Made by a program: the position numbers and the translations under genes. From positions 9,074 through 73,073 of the forward strand of contig JAKAKW010000011.1 in NCBI GenBank assembly GCA_021824345.1: DNA of 64,000 bases. Direction: 5' to 3'. Of this stretch, positions 17,960 through 26,717 are shown in pieces. A model generated the notes under the pieces. It saw nothing but the letters and a program-made list of their open reading frames with translations. It ran no database searches and had not been told where the DNA came from. Origin of the DNA: a bacterium (GTDB lineage Bacteria > Patescibacteriota > Minisyncoccia > Phycocordibacterales > UBA9973). Each line of letters begins with the position of its first letter. The stretch's first letter is position 1.

Positions 17960-18397
17960 ATGGAAAATGAAACGGATAATCAAAGACCGAAAATCGGCAT
18001 AGGCGTAATGATATGGAAAAACAATAAGGTGCTTATTGGCCGCAGAAAAAATCGTCACGGAGATGGAGAATATTCTTTCACCGGAGGACACCTGGAATAT
18101 TCACAGTCATTTGAGAACTGTGCCAAGCAGGAAACTCTTGAAGAAGCTGGAATACATATAAGGAACATAAAGTTTCTATGCGTAGCCAATGGTACGCAGT
18201 ACGCGCCCAGGCATGATGTCTTGGTGGGGCTCTCCGCAGAATGGGAATCCGGAGAACCAAGAACGAACCCGGAAGAACGGATTGGGGATTGGAAGTGGTA
18301 CGATCTTGATGAGTTGCCCCAGCCTCTTTTTGCCTTCGCGGGGATAATGGTAAAAGCATATAAAAGCGGCCAAAATTATTTTGATATAGAAAAATAA
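17960..18397 (+). CDS. NUDIX hydrolase (MutT-like)
   Basis: Nudix box GGHLEYSQSFENCAKQETLEEAGI. Confidence 0.8.
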   Translation: MENETDNQRPKIGIGVMIWKNNKVLIGRRKNRHGDGEYSFTGGHLEYSQSFENCAKQETLEEAGIHIRNIKFLCVANGTQYAPRHDVLVGLSAEWESGEPRTNPEERIGDWKWYDLDELPQPLFAFAGIMVKAYKSGQNYFDIEK

Positions 18398-18421
18398 GAT
18401 ATTTTCTGCTATATTTTCCCT

Positions 18422-19123
18422 ATGGCAAAAACTAAAAGGAAAGGGAAATTCATTGTGTTTGACGGAACGGACGGCAGCGGAAAGGCCACGCAAGTGGCGC
18501 TTTTGGCGAAACGCTTGAAGAGGGAAGGCAGAAAAGTGGCGGTGCTGGATTTTCCGGAATACTACAAAAATTTTTTCGGCGGGTTCATCGGCCACTGCCT
18601 CTCCGAGCAATACTACAATTGGACCAATATTCATCCGAAAATCGCCGCAATAGCATACGCGGCGGATCGCTGGGAATCTTCCGAAAAAGTGCGCAAACTT
18701 CTTGCCGAAGGGTATATCGTGCTTTCCAACCGGTACATGAGCGCCAATCAGATCCATCAGGGAGGAAAGATAAAGAATGCCGCCAAGCGGGCGGCATTTA
18801 TCAAATGGCTGGACAAGATGGAATATGGCACTTTCAAGATTCCAAGACCGGACAAGATTTTCTATCTTAGCGTGCCCATTCCGACCATCCTACGGCTGAT
18901 CAAAGAGAGGGACGGAAAAAAGCGCCGGGCATATACCGGCAAAAAGAAAGATATAGTGGAAGGGGATATCAATTATCTGACCAATTCGCAAAAGACCGCC
19001 GAATGGCTGGCCGAGCGGGAGAAGAATTGGATAAAGATAGACTGCACGGAAGGCAACAAGCTTTTTTCACAGGAATCCATTCACCAAAAAATATATGCTA
19101 AGATAAAAGGCATTATAAAGTAA
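18422..19123 (+). CDS. tmk: Thymidylate kinase
   Basis: FIVFDGTDGSGKATQ P-loop and dTMP-kinase layout. Confidence 0.85.
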   Translation: MAKTKRKGKFIVFDGTDGSGKATQVALLAKRLKREGRKVAVLDFPEYYKNFFGGFIGHCLSEQYYNWTNIHPKIAAIAYAADRWESSEKVRKLLAEGYIVLSNRYMSANQIHQGGKIKNAAKRAAFIKWLDKMEYGTFKIPRPDKIFYLSVPIPTILRLIKERDGKKRRAYTGKKKDIVEGDINYLTNSQKTAEWLAEREKNWIKIDCTEGNKLFSQESIHQKIYAKIKGIIK

Positions 19124-19155
19124 CAGAACTCCAAGAGAGCCATAAATGATTTTTT

Positions 19156-19476
19156 ATGGTTCAAATCAGGGTTCGGTATGTAAGCGATTCCATTCAAGAT
19201 TTTATTAAATCCTTAGACAAGCGTACTCGCATTGCGTGCCGCGAAGCTGTCGCCGCGCTTGCAATCTATGGCAATGAACTGACAATGCCTTTATCAAAAA
19301 ATATTGGCAATGGTCTTTTTGAGCTTAGGGTAAAAGAAATAGCAAACATTAGAATTATATATACTTTTTATCTTAATTCTGCGTGGATCCTCCATGTGTT
19401 TGAAAAGACGAGCAATAGAATTTCAAAAAACGACATGGCTATATGTTTGAAAAGAAAAAGGATGTTGCTTGCATAA
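19156..19476 (+). CDS. Type II toxin, RelE/ParE superfamily (HigB / phage Gp49-like)
   Basis: ...SKNIGNGLFELRVKEIANIRIIYTFYLNSAWILHVFEKTSN... matches the Gp49/HigB pattern (..LFELRI....YRVLYFF......LLHAF.KK.). An HTH gene follows immediately. Confidence 0.6.
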   Translation: MVQIRVRYVSDSIQDFIKSLDKRTRIACREAVAALAIYGNELTMPLSKNIGNGLFELRVKEIANIRIIYTFYLNSAWILHVFEKTSNRISKNDMAICLKRKRMLLA

Positions 19477-19504
19477 TATTACATATATGTGATATTATTA
19501 CTTT

Positions 19505-19846
19505 ATGGAAAATATGAAGAAAAAAATTAAAAAAAGAAATGGCACTTACGACGAAATAAAAGAAATAAGGCCGGTTGATTTTGAGGACGATTTGGCGGAG
19601 GAGCTGAAAGACCCCGAGTTCAAAAAAGAATTTCAAAAACTGGGCCCAAAATACGCTCTCTATGCCGCCGTCGTAGAAAGCAGGCACCAGAAAAATATTT
19701 CTCAAAAAACTCTTGCCAAGCGCCTCGGCACCGGCCAGTCGGCAATTTCCCGTCTTGAATCCGGCAAATACAACCCTACCTTTGAATTCATGCAAAAACT
19801 TGCAAAAGCCCTGGAAACCGACATTACTATAACTTTCAGCAAATGA
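19505..19846 (+). CDS. HTH XRE-family antitoxin (HigA-like)
   Basis: ...ISQKTLAKRLGTGQSAISRLESGKYNPTFEFMQKLAKAL: classic Cro/C1-type HTH. Toxin-then-antitoxin order as in higBA. Confidence 0.6.
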   Translation: MENMKKKIKKRNGTYDEIKEIRPVDFEDDLAEELKDPEFKKEFQKLGPKYALYAAVVESRHQKNISQKTLAKRLGTGQSAISRLESGKYNPTFEFMQKLAKALETDITITFSK

Positions 19847-20265
19847 AAATCAAAGTTAAAAAACTGAAGGAAGATGCGAAATTGCCGAAGTATGCCCATC
19901 CCGGAGATGTCGGCATGGATTTGTTTTCCATGGAAACAGTGACTATTGCGCCGGGAGAACATCACCGGTTCTGGCACGGATTTGCCCTGGAATTTCCCGT
20001 CGGCCACGCGGCCATCATAAAAGACAAGTCCAGCATTTCCAAGGCCGGTTTGCATACCATGGGCGGAGTTTTTGACGCCGGTTTTCGCGGGGAATATAAC
20101 ACTCATTTGGTAAATCTGTCCGACGAACCGTATTCAGTGGAGAAAGGGGACAAGGTTGCCCAGCTTTTGATTGTTCCCGTGGAAATTGTAGAATTAGAAG
20201 AGTCGGACGAGCTTGCCGATTCCTCCCGCGGCACGGGGGCCTTCGGATCTACCGGCAGGAAATAA
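19843..20265 (+). CDS. dut: dUTP diphosphatase
   Basis: AHPGDVGMDLFS...RSSISKAGL..GVFDAGFRGE...: dUTPase motifs. 4-nt overlap with the upstream gene. Confidence 0.9.
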   Translation: MKIKVKKLKEDAKLPKYAHPGDVGMDLFSMETVTIAPGEHHRFWHGFALEFPVGHAAIIKDKSSISKAGLHTMGGVFDAGFRGEYNTHLVNLSDEPYSVEKGDKVAQLLIVPVEIVELEESDELADSSRGTGAFGSTGRK

Positions 20266-21926
20266 TGAAGGAAAAGATAAAAAAATTAGTGAGCGAAGCG
20301 CTGGCCGAATTGAATTTGGGCGAGGTTTATTTTACCGTTGAACATCCGGATGATTCTGTAAACGGTGATTACTCCACGAACGTCGCGCTGGTTTTGTCCA
20401 AAAAGCTTAAACAGAATCCCAGGGAGGTGGCGGAAAAAATAATATCCGGCATCAAAAAACCGCCTGAGATTTCTGCGATAAAGCCGGCGGGCCCGGGCTT
20501 TATCAATTTCCATCTTTCACGAAAATTCTTCGCCGACACCATCGACGAAATTCTGGAGAAAAAAGAAAACTACGGCAAGAATAAAAATCTGGCGGGACAG
20601 AAGGTAATAGTGGAATACACCGATCCAAACCCGCTCAAAGAGTTTCATATCGGCCACTTAATGAGCAACACCATCGGCGAAGCCATTTCCCGGGTCGTTG
20701 AAGCCAGCGGCGCGGAAGTTAAGCGGGCCTGCTATCAAGGCGATGTCGGAATGCACGCCGCCAAGGCAGTGTGGGGATATTTGCACGAAAAAAATTGGAA
20801 GACCGCCTACGCATTCGGATCCAAGGCGTACGAAAAGGACGACAAAGTGAAGGAAGAGGTGCTTGCGGTCAACAAAAAACTGTATGAACGATCCGACCCG
20901 GAGCTAAACGCTATCTATGACCAAGGCAGAAAAGCTTCCCTGGAAAGTTTTGAAGAAATATATCGGAAGCTCGGCACCTCTTTCAATTACTATTTCTTTG
21001 AAAGCGAAACGGGCAAGCTTGGGAAGGAAATCGTGGAAGAAAACACCGGCAGCGTTTTTGAAAATGGAGATAAAGGCGCGATCGTATTTCATGCGGAAAA
21101 GTTCAATAAGAAACTGCATACCCGCGTCTTCATAAATTCCGAAGGCTTGCCCACTTATGAGGCGAAAGAACTGGGACTGGCGAAAATCAAATACGGCAAG
21201 TTTCCATACGACAAATCCATTGTTGTCACCGGCAATGAAATCAACCAGTATTTCCAAGTGCTTTTGGAGGCCATGAAGCGGGTGTTCCCGGAGCTCGCGG
21301 AGAAAACCAGACATATTTCCCACGGCATGCTCCGCCTTCCCACCGGCAAGATGTCTTCCAGGACAGGTGATGTAATCACCGGCGAATCGCTCATATCTTT
21401 GATTTCGGAAAAAGTGGTTGAAAAAGTGAAAGAAACCAATCGCGGAGAAATGACCGAAGAATTCATAAACCAAGTGGCCGTGGCGGCCCTGAAGTATTCC
21501 ATTCTGAAGCAGTCTATCGGCTCGGACATCATTTACGACTTTGATAAGTCCATTTCCTTTGAAGGAGATTCCGGTCCGTACTTGCAGTATTCATACGCCC
21601 GGGCCAAATCCGTGGCGGAAAAAGCGGAAAAAGAAGAAATTTTTATGAACGTGGAAAATCCGCCCGAGGAAATTTCCGCTCCCGAGCGTTTGCTTTATAT
21701 TTTCCCGGAAATTGTGGAAAGATCCGCCAGGGAATTCCAACCGCACCACATAGCGAATTATCTGATTGAGCTGGCCCGCGCCTTCAACGCATATTATGGG
21801 AATAATCGCATCGCGGACAAGAACGATGAAAGCTCCCCGTACAAAGTGGCCCTGGCCAGCGCCTTTGCCATTGTGATAAAAAACGGCCTGCGATTTCTCG
21901 GCATCCAGGCCCCGGAGAAGATGTAA
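20265..21926 (+). CDS. argS: Arginine--tRNA ligase
   Basis: Class I HIGH region (EFHIGHLMSNTIGEAISR) and ArgRS anticodon-binding C-terminus; TAATG overlap with dut. Confidence 0.9.
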   Translation: MKEKIKKLVSEALAELNLGEVYFTVEHPDDSVNGDYSTNVALVLSKKLKQNPREVAEKIISGIKKPPEISAIKPAGPGFINFHLSRKFFADTIDEILEKKENYGKNKNLAGQKVIVEYTDPNPLKEFHIGHLMSNTIGEAISRVVEASGAEVKRACYQGDVGMHAAKAVWGYLHEKNWKTAYAFGSKAYEKDDKVKEEVLAVNKKLYERSDPELNAIYDQGRKASLESFEEIYRKLGTSFNYYFFESETGKLGKEIVEENTGSVFENGDKGAIVFHAEKFNKKLHTRVFINSEGLPTYEAKELGLAKIKYGKFPYDKSIVVTGNEINQYFQVLLEAMKRVFPELAEKTRHISHGMLRLPTGKMSSRTGDVITGESLISLISEKVVEKVKETNRGEMTEEFINQVAVAALKYSILKQSIGSDIIYDFDKSISFEGDSGPYLQYSYARAKSVAEKAEKEEIFMNVENPPEEISAPERLLYIFPEIVERSAREFQPHHIANYLIELARAFNAYYGNNRIADKNDESSPYKVALASAFAIVIKNGLRFLGIQAPEKM

Positions 21927-22346
21927 CTAAGGAAAATAGGGATCTTTATTCTTCAGCACCAATTTTTTTGCTTCTTCAGCTAGGCGTTTGAATTTTTCTT
22001 CATCCTCATCCGTGAGCGAGTTTAATTTTTCAAATATTTCATTGAGCTTAGCTGTTCTTTTGGGATACTTTTCGATTCCGTTTTTCATTCTCTTATATTC
22101 AACAGCATCATCCCCGAACTTATTTTTTACTTCTCCCAACAATTTTTCCATTGTAGGAAAAAGATTTTCTTTTATTTCTTTATTAACCTCTGCAAATTTC
22201 CCATTCTGTTTTCTTAATTCCCTTACAAAATATGTGAGTGTAATTAAACATTCCTCAAAACCCAGGTTGTCAGGCACAGTCGTTAGATCTTCCTTCCCAG
22301 CATTCGTTTTTTCCATCTCGTTTCCATTCATATCAATATTGTACAT
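21927..22346 (-). CDS. Hypothetical K/E-rich coiled-coil protein (antisense to flanking genes)
   Basis: 139-aa ORF with no recognisable domain; AT-richer than flanks. Confidence 0.4.
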   Translation of the reverse strand: MYNIDMNGNEMEKTNAGKEDLTTVPDNLGFEECLITLTYFVRELRKQNGKFAEVNKEIKENLFPTMEKLLGEVKNKFGDDAVEYKRMKNGIEKYPKRTAKLNEIFEKLNSLTDEDEEKFKRLAEEAKKLVLKNKDPYFP

Positions 22347-22398
22347 TTTTTATATCAAGATGTAAAAACAAGGCCTTTATGATAGAATCATTTCCATA

Positions 22399-25300
22399 AT
22401 GGCTTCCGGTGAAGAATCTAAAAAATCCGAATCTGCTCGGCGCGAAGAGCGGATTTTGGAGTTCTGGAAGGAGAATAAAATTTTTGAAAAAACTCTGGGA
22501 AAGCCGTCCCCCAAGGGGGAATTCGTTTTCTACGAAGGTCCGCCTACGGCCAATGGCAAACCTCACATAGGGCACTTTGAGGCGCGTTCTTTCAAGGATG
22601 CCGTTCCCAGGTACAAGACCATGCGCGGATACCATGTGCGTCGGAAAGGCGGATGGGACACCCACGGCCTGCCTGTGGAGCTTGCGGTGGAGAAAAAACT
22701 CGGGCTTAGTTCCAAAAAGGGGATAGAGGAATACGGAATTGCCAAGTTCAACGAGCAATGCAAGGAAAGCGTATGGGAATATGTGAACCTATGGGAAAAG
22801 TTCACCGAGCGCGTGGGATACTGGGTGGATCAGAAGGATGCCTACGTCACTTACCATAACGATTACATTGAATCTCTTTGGAATATCGTAAAAAAAATAG
22901 ATGAACAAGAACTGCTTTACAAGGATTACAAAGTGGTTCCGTGGTGTCCGCGCTGCGGGACGGCCCTTTCCTCGCACGAATTGGCGCAGGGATATGAGGA
23001 TGTGAAGGATCTGTCGGTGTATGTGAAATTCCGCGTGAAATCTTCGCCTGACGCTTTTGCGAAGGTCCTCGGTTCCCCTCGCACAAAGCTTGCTCCTTCG
23101 GAGCTGGAAGCTCGGCCAGACCATTCGCAAAAGCATTCAGTCGAGGATTTCACATATATTCTGGCATGGACCACTACCCCCTGGACTTTGCCGGGCAACG
23201 TTGCTTTAGCGGTAGGAAAAGATATTGATTACACCGCTTTGCGCGTAAAAGGGGTTTCCGAATTGTATATTCTCGCAAGCGATAGGGTAAAGAGTGTCTT
23301 TGAAGGGCAGGAAATTGAAATTGTGCATGACAACATAAAAGGATCAGATCTTGTCGGCCTGGAATACGAACCCTTGTATCCGTATTTCGCGAACACTCTT
23401 CCTGAGAGCGAAAAGTCCAAACTTCCAAAAGCATACAAGGTTTACGAAGCGGATTTTGTGACAACCGTTGACGGCACGGGCGTGGTGCATACCGCCGTGA
23501 TGTACGGACAAGACGACTTCGTGCTGGGCACCGCTATCGGTTTGCCCAAGCACCATCTCGTGGGTCTGGACGGGAAATTCCTGGCCGGCACTGATTTTCT
23601 TGAAGGAAGATTCGTGCGAGACGAAGATGTGGCAGTGGACATTATCAAAGACCTTGCGCACCGGAACCTTTTGCTAAAGAAAGAAAAGTACGAACACTCA
23701 TATCCTTTCTGCTGGCGCTGCCATACCGCGCTCATATATTACGCGCGGGACTCGTGGTACATAAAAGTTTCAGATCCGCGGATTAAGGAAAAGATGATTT
23801 CTGAGAATGAGAAGATAAACTGGGAGCCGGCGCACATTCGGGACGGGCGTTTCGGAGAATGGCTGCGCGATATCAAGGACTGGGCGATTTCCCGCGAGCG
23901 GTACTGGGGAACTCCGCTTCCGGTGTGGACATGCGAGAAATGCAACCAGAGGATTACCATCGGAAGCATTGAGGAACTGAAAAAGCATACGAAGAAATCC
24001 GGCAATCGGTACTTCTTTATGCGGCATGGAGAAGCAGAGAGCAATGTTAAGGGTATGGTGGCTTGCAGAGTGGAGGATAACGATAATTTAATCGAGGCCG
24101 GGAAACAACAAGTATTGTCTTCGGCAAAACAACTAAAAGAAAAGAATATTGATCTTATTTTCTCCTCGGATATTTTGAGGACGAAAGAGACAGCTGAAAT
24201 TGTTAAAAAAGAAATTAGTACTGAAAAAGAAATAATTTTTGACAAGCGCCTGCGCGAGTGGAACGTAGGAAAATTTGACGGAAAAACATGGCACGAATAT
24301 AAAAAATTTGCGCGCCAACACGATGATTGGTACAGTTTTATCCCTGAGGGAGGCGAATCATTCAAAGATATAAAGATTAGAGTTTTTGATTTCATTTACG
24401 AATTGGAGAATAAATACCAAGGGAAAAATATCTTGATCGTCACTCACCAGGCTCCGATTGTAGTTATTCTTAAGGGTTTAGATAAACTTAATGATGAAGA
24501 TACAAAGGCAGGTGATAGCGATGTGAACTTAAGATTCAAGGGAGGAGAGTTTAAAGAGATAGATTTTACCTTACTTCCCCACAACAAAAACTACGAGCTG
24601 GATTTGCACCGGCCATACATAGACGAGGTTCCGCTGGTCTGCGATTGCGGAGGAAAACTTTCTCGTACACCGGAGGTTATGGACGTCTGGTTTGATTCCG
24701 GTTCCATGCCGTTTGCCCAGGATCATTATCCTTTTGAGAACAAAGACTGGATTGACGATCACGGATATCCGGCTGATTTCATATCGGAGGCCATAGATCA
24801 GACTCGCGGATGGTTCTATACCCTGCACGCCGTGGGAGCGCTTGTGGGGAAGGGCAGGGCATACAAAAATGTAATCTGTCTCGGACACCTGATGGATGCC
24901 GAGGGAAAGAAAATGTCAAAACATATCGGCAACGTAGTGGACCCCTGGGAGATGATAGAGAAATACGGGGCGGATACTTTGCGATTATGGATGTACTCCA
25001 TAAACCAGCCGGGCGAGTCCAAGAATTTTGATGAAAAAACGGTGGTGCTTCTCCACCGGCAAATGTTCGGTCTGCTTTACAATGTGCTTTCTTTCTACGA
25101 GCTTTACCGCGACAAAGAGCTTGAGACGATGGGAGGCAAGGCCTCCCACCGGCCTGCCTCGGAAAATATTCTGGATAAGTGGATAATTACGCGATTAAAC
25201 GAGCTGGAGATTCTGTGCACGGAAAATCTTGAGAAATATAAATTATTGGAACCCGTGCGGGCCATGCGCGATTTCATCGACGATCTGTCCACTTGGTATT

Positions 25301-26016
25301 TGCGCCGATCCAGGGAGCGCATTAAGGACGGGGACAAGGATGCCAAGCGCACTTTGTACTTTGTGTTGAAAAATCTTGCCAAGCTTCTGGCCCCGTTCGC
25401 TCCTTTTGCCACCGAGGATATATGGCAAAAGCTTAAAAGCGATGAGGACCCTGCAAGCGTTCATTTGTCCGAGTGGCCGTACAAGGACCAATCCCTTTTG
25501 CAAAAGCTTTTCGGAAAGAAAGAAAAAGTGGATTACTCAGTGCTGGAAAATATGCGCCGAGCCAGGCAGATTGTGACAATGGGCTTGGAAGCTCGGCAGA
25601 AAGCGGGCATAAAGGTGCGCCAACCGCTCGGACTTTTGAGGATAAAGGATCGGAATCTTTCATCGGAGTATGAAGAGCTCATCAAGGACGAGCTCAATGT
25701 TAAAGAAATTGCCAAAGATGCCGGCCTAGAAGGAGAAGTGTTGCTTAATACTGAAATTACTCCTGAACTTAAAGAAGAAGGCGACTATCGCGAACTGGTT
25801 CGCGCTATTCAGGATATGCGCAAAGAGGCGGGGCTCTTACCGAGCGACATGGTAACGCTTCTTTTGGATACTGATGAATCTGGCGAAAAGCTGGCCAAAA
25901 AATTTGAAGAAGATCTGAAGAAAACTGTTAGCGCCGAAAAAATTGAATTCACGGAAAGCGACGGTCCGGAAATCAAAATCGGCAATTCAGCGTTTAAGAT
26001 AAAAATTCAAAAATAG
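22399..26016 (+). CDS. ileS: Isoleucine--tRNA ligase (type 2) carrying three insertions
   Basis: HIGH (PTANGKPHIGH), CP1 editing (WTTTPWTLPGN), KMSKS (KMSKHIGN). 1205 aa is about 150-200 aa longer than typical type-2 IleS. Insertions at 23062-23128, 24001-24570 and 25130-25148 are annotated separately. Confidence 0.9.
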   Translation: MASGEESKKSESARREERILEFWKENKIFEKTLGKPSPKGEFVFYEGPPTANGKPHIGHFEARSFKDAVPRYKTMRGYHVRRKGGWDTHGLPVELAVEKKLGLSSKKGIEEYGIAKFNEQCKESVWEYVNLWEKFTERVGYWVDQKDAYVTYHNDYIESLWNIVKKIDEQELLYKDYKVVPWCPRCGTALSSHELAQGYEDVKDLSVYVKFRVKSSPDAFAKVLGSPRTKLAPSELEARPDHSQKHSVEDFTYILAWTTTPWTLPGNVALAVGKDIDYTALRVKGVSELYILASDRVKSVFEGQEIEIVHDNIKGSDLVGLEYEPLYPYFANTLPESEKSKLPKAYKVYEADFVTTVDGTGVVHTAVMYGQDDFVLGTAIGLPKHHLVGLDGKFLAGTDFLEGRFVRDEDVAVDIIKDLAHRNLLLKKEKYEHSYPFCWRCHTALIYYARDSWYIKVSDPRIKEKMISENEKINWEPAHIRDGRFGEWLRDIKDWAISRERYWGTPLPVWTCEKCNQRITIGSIEELKKHTKKSGNRYFFMRHGEAESNVKGMVACRVEDNDNLIEAGKQQVLSSAKQLKEKNIDLIFSSDILRTKETAEIVKKEISTEKEIIFDKRLREWNVGKFDGKTWHEYKKFARQHDDWYSFIPEGGESFKDIKIRVFDFIYELENKYQGKNILIVTHQAPIVVILKGLDKLNDEDTKAGDSDVNLRFKGGEFKEIDFTLLPHNKNYELDLHRPYIDEVPLVCDCGGKLSRTPEVMDVWFDSGSMPFAQDHYPFENKDWIDDHGYPADFISEAIDQTRGWFYTLHAVGALVGKGRAYKNVICLGHLMDAEGKKMSKHIGNVVDPWEMIEKYGADTLRLWMYSINQPGESKNFDEKTVVLLHRQMFGLLYNVLSFYELYRDKELETMGGKASHRPASENILDKWIITRLNELEILCTENLEKYKLLEPVRAMRDFIDDLSTWYLRRSRERIKDGDKDAKRTLYFVLKNLAKLLAPFAPFATEDIWQKLKSDEDPASVHLSEWPYKDQSLLQKLFGKKEKVDYSVLENMRRARQIVTMGLEARQKAGIKVRQPLGLLRIKDRNLSSEYEELIKDELNVKEIAKDAGLEGEVLLNTEITPELKEEGDYRELVRAIQDMRKEAGLLPSDMVTLLLDTDESGEKLAKKFEEDLKKTVSAEKIEFTESDGPEIKIGNSAFKIKIQK
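23062..23128 (+). repeat. About 66-nt repeat element inserted in-frame in ileS (encodes roughly AKVLGSPRTKLAPSELEARPDHSQ); second copy at 36154-36215
   Basis: aggtcctcggttcccctcgc...agctggaagctcggccagaccat has a 23-nt identical core and about 75-80% identity over 70 nt with the tatD-rpsF spacer copy. From a remembered T. thermophilus IleS alignment, this IleS has about 28 extra residues between VKFRVK and WTTTPWTLPGN. Confidence 0.65.
24001..24570 (+). other. Inserted histidine-phosphatase (phosphoglycerate-mutase-like) domain within ileS
   Basis: FFMRHGEAESN (RHG catalytic motif), IFSSDILRTKETAEIV, DKRLREWNVG, IPEGGES, IVTHQAPI match the PhoE/GpmB-type histidine phosphatase fold. The insert lies between the conserved PVWTCEKC...ELKKH and DLHRPYIDEV...VMDVWFDSG IleS segments and is AT-richer than the flanking ileS sequence. 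Confidence 0.7.
25130..25148. repeat. Family-B palindrome copy (tgggaggcaaggcctccca) in-frame inside ileS, encoding GGKASH
   Basis: Exact match to the intergenic family-B element (31422-31440); translates as MGGKASH within a variable IleS linker. Confidence 0.6.
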
Positions 26017-26017
26017 A

Positions 26018-26602
26018 ATGGAAATTCCTAAGCCGAAATCCAAACAGCCGATCCCGGAGAATGCGAAATGCGTGTTTCATGGAGAAATTTTTGATGTGTA
26101 TCAATGGGAGCAAAAAATGTATGACGGAAGTACTGCGACCTTTGAAAAACTGAAGCGGCCGGACACAGTAGTAATTTTCCCGATATTGCCTGACGGGAAA
26201 ATTCTTCTTGTTGAACAAGAACAACCCGGGAAAGATCCTTTCATAGGGACTCCTGGGGGCAGGGTGGACCTAGGAGAAGATATACTGGAAGCCGCCAAGC
26301 GGGAGTTACTGGAAGAGACCGGCTATGAAGCGAAAAAATTTATTTTATGGGATGCTCAACAGCCGGTAAGCAAGATTGAGTGGTCTGTGTATACCTTTGT
26401 CGCCAAGGGTTTGAAAAAAGTAGCGGATATGAATTTGGATGCGGGAGAAAAGATAGAACTGAAACCAGTGACATTCAATGAATTTATGGAAATAAGTGTA
26501 AAACGAAATTTCAGCGAGCGGGAAATTGTATTGAAAATAATGGAAGCAAGATTAATTTCCGAGAAAAGAAAGGAACTTCAAAAGTTATTCTCTCCGGAAT
26601 AG
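26018..26602 (+). CDS. NUDIX hydrolase (ADP-ribose pyrophosphatase-like)
   Basis: Nudix box GGRVDLGEDILEAAKRELLEETG. Confidence 0.8.
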   Translation: MEIPKPKSKQPIPENAKCVFHGEIFDVYQWEQKMYDGSTATFEKLKRPDTVVIFPILPDGKILLVEQEQPGKDPFIGTPGGRVDLGEDILEAAKRELLEETGYEAKKFILWDAQQPVSKIEWSVYTFVAKGLKKVADMNLDAGEKIELKPVTFNEFMEISVKRNFSEREIVLKIMEARLISEKRKELQKLFSPE

Positions 26603-26627
26603 TTCGACGTGGCAGGTCGGAATTTTT

Positions 26628-26656
26628 CCAGGGCGGAGGGTTACCCTCCGCCCTAG
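26628..26656. repeat. Family-A palindromic repeat copy (core gggcggagggttaccctccgccc)
   Basis: Same core as 9445 and 14454; outer arms slightly degenerate. Sits after the NUDIX gene and before a TATAAT-containing promoter region for the next gene. Confidence 0.65.
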
Positions 26657-26717
26657 ACAGCATTGTATATTTATAGCAGTGAAATTTTTAATATTTTCGG
26701 TGGTATAATATAGTGAT

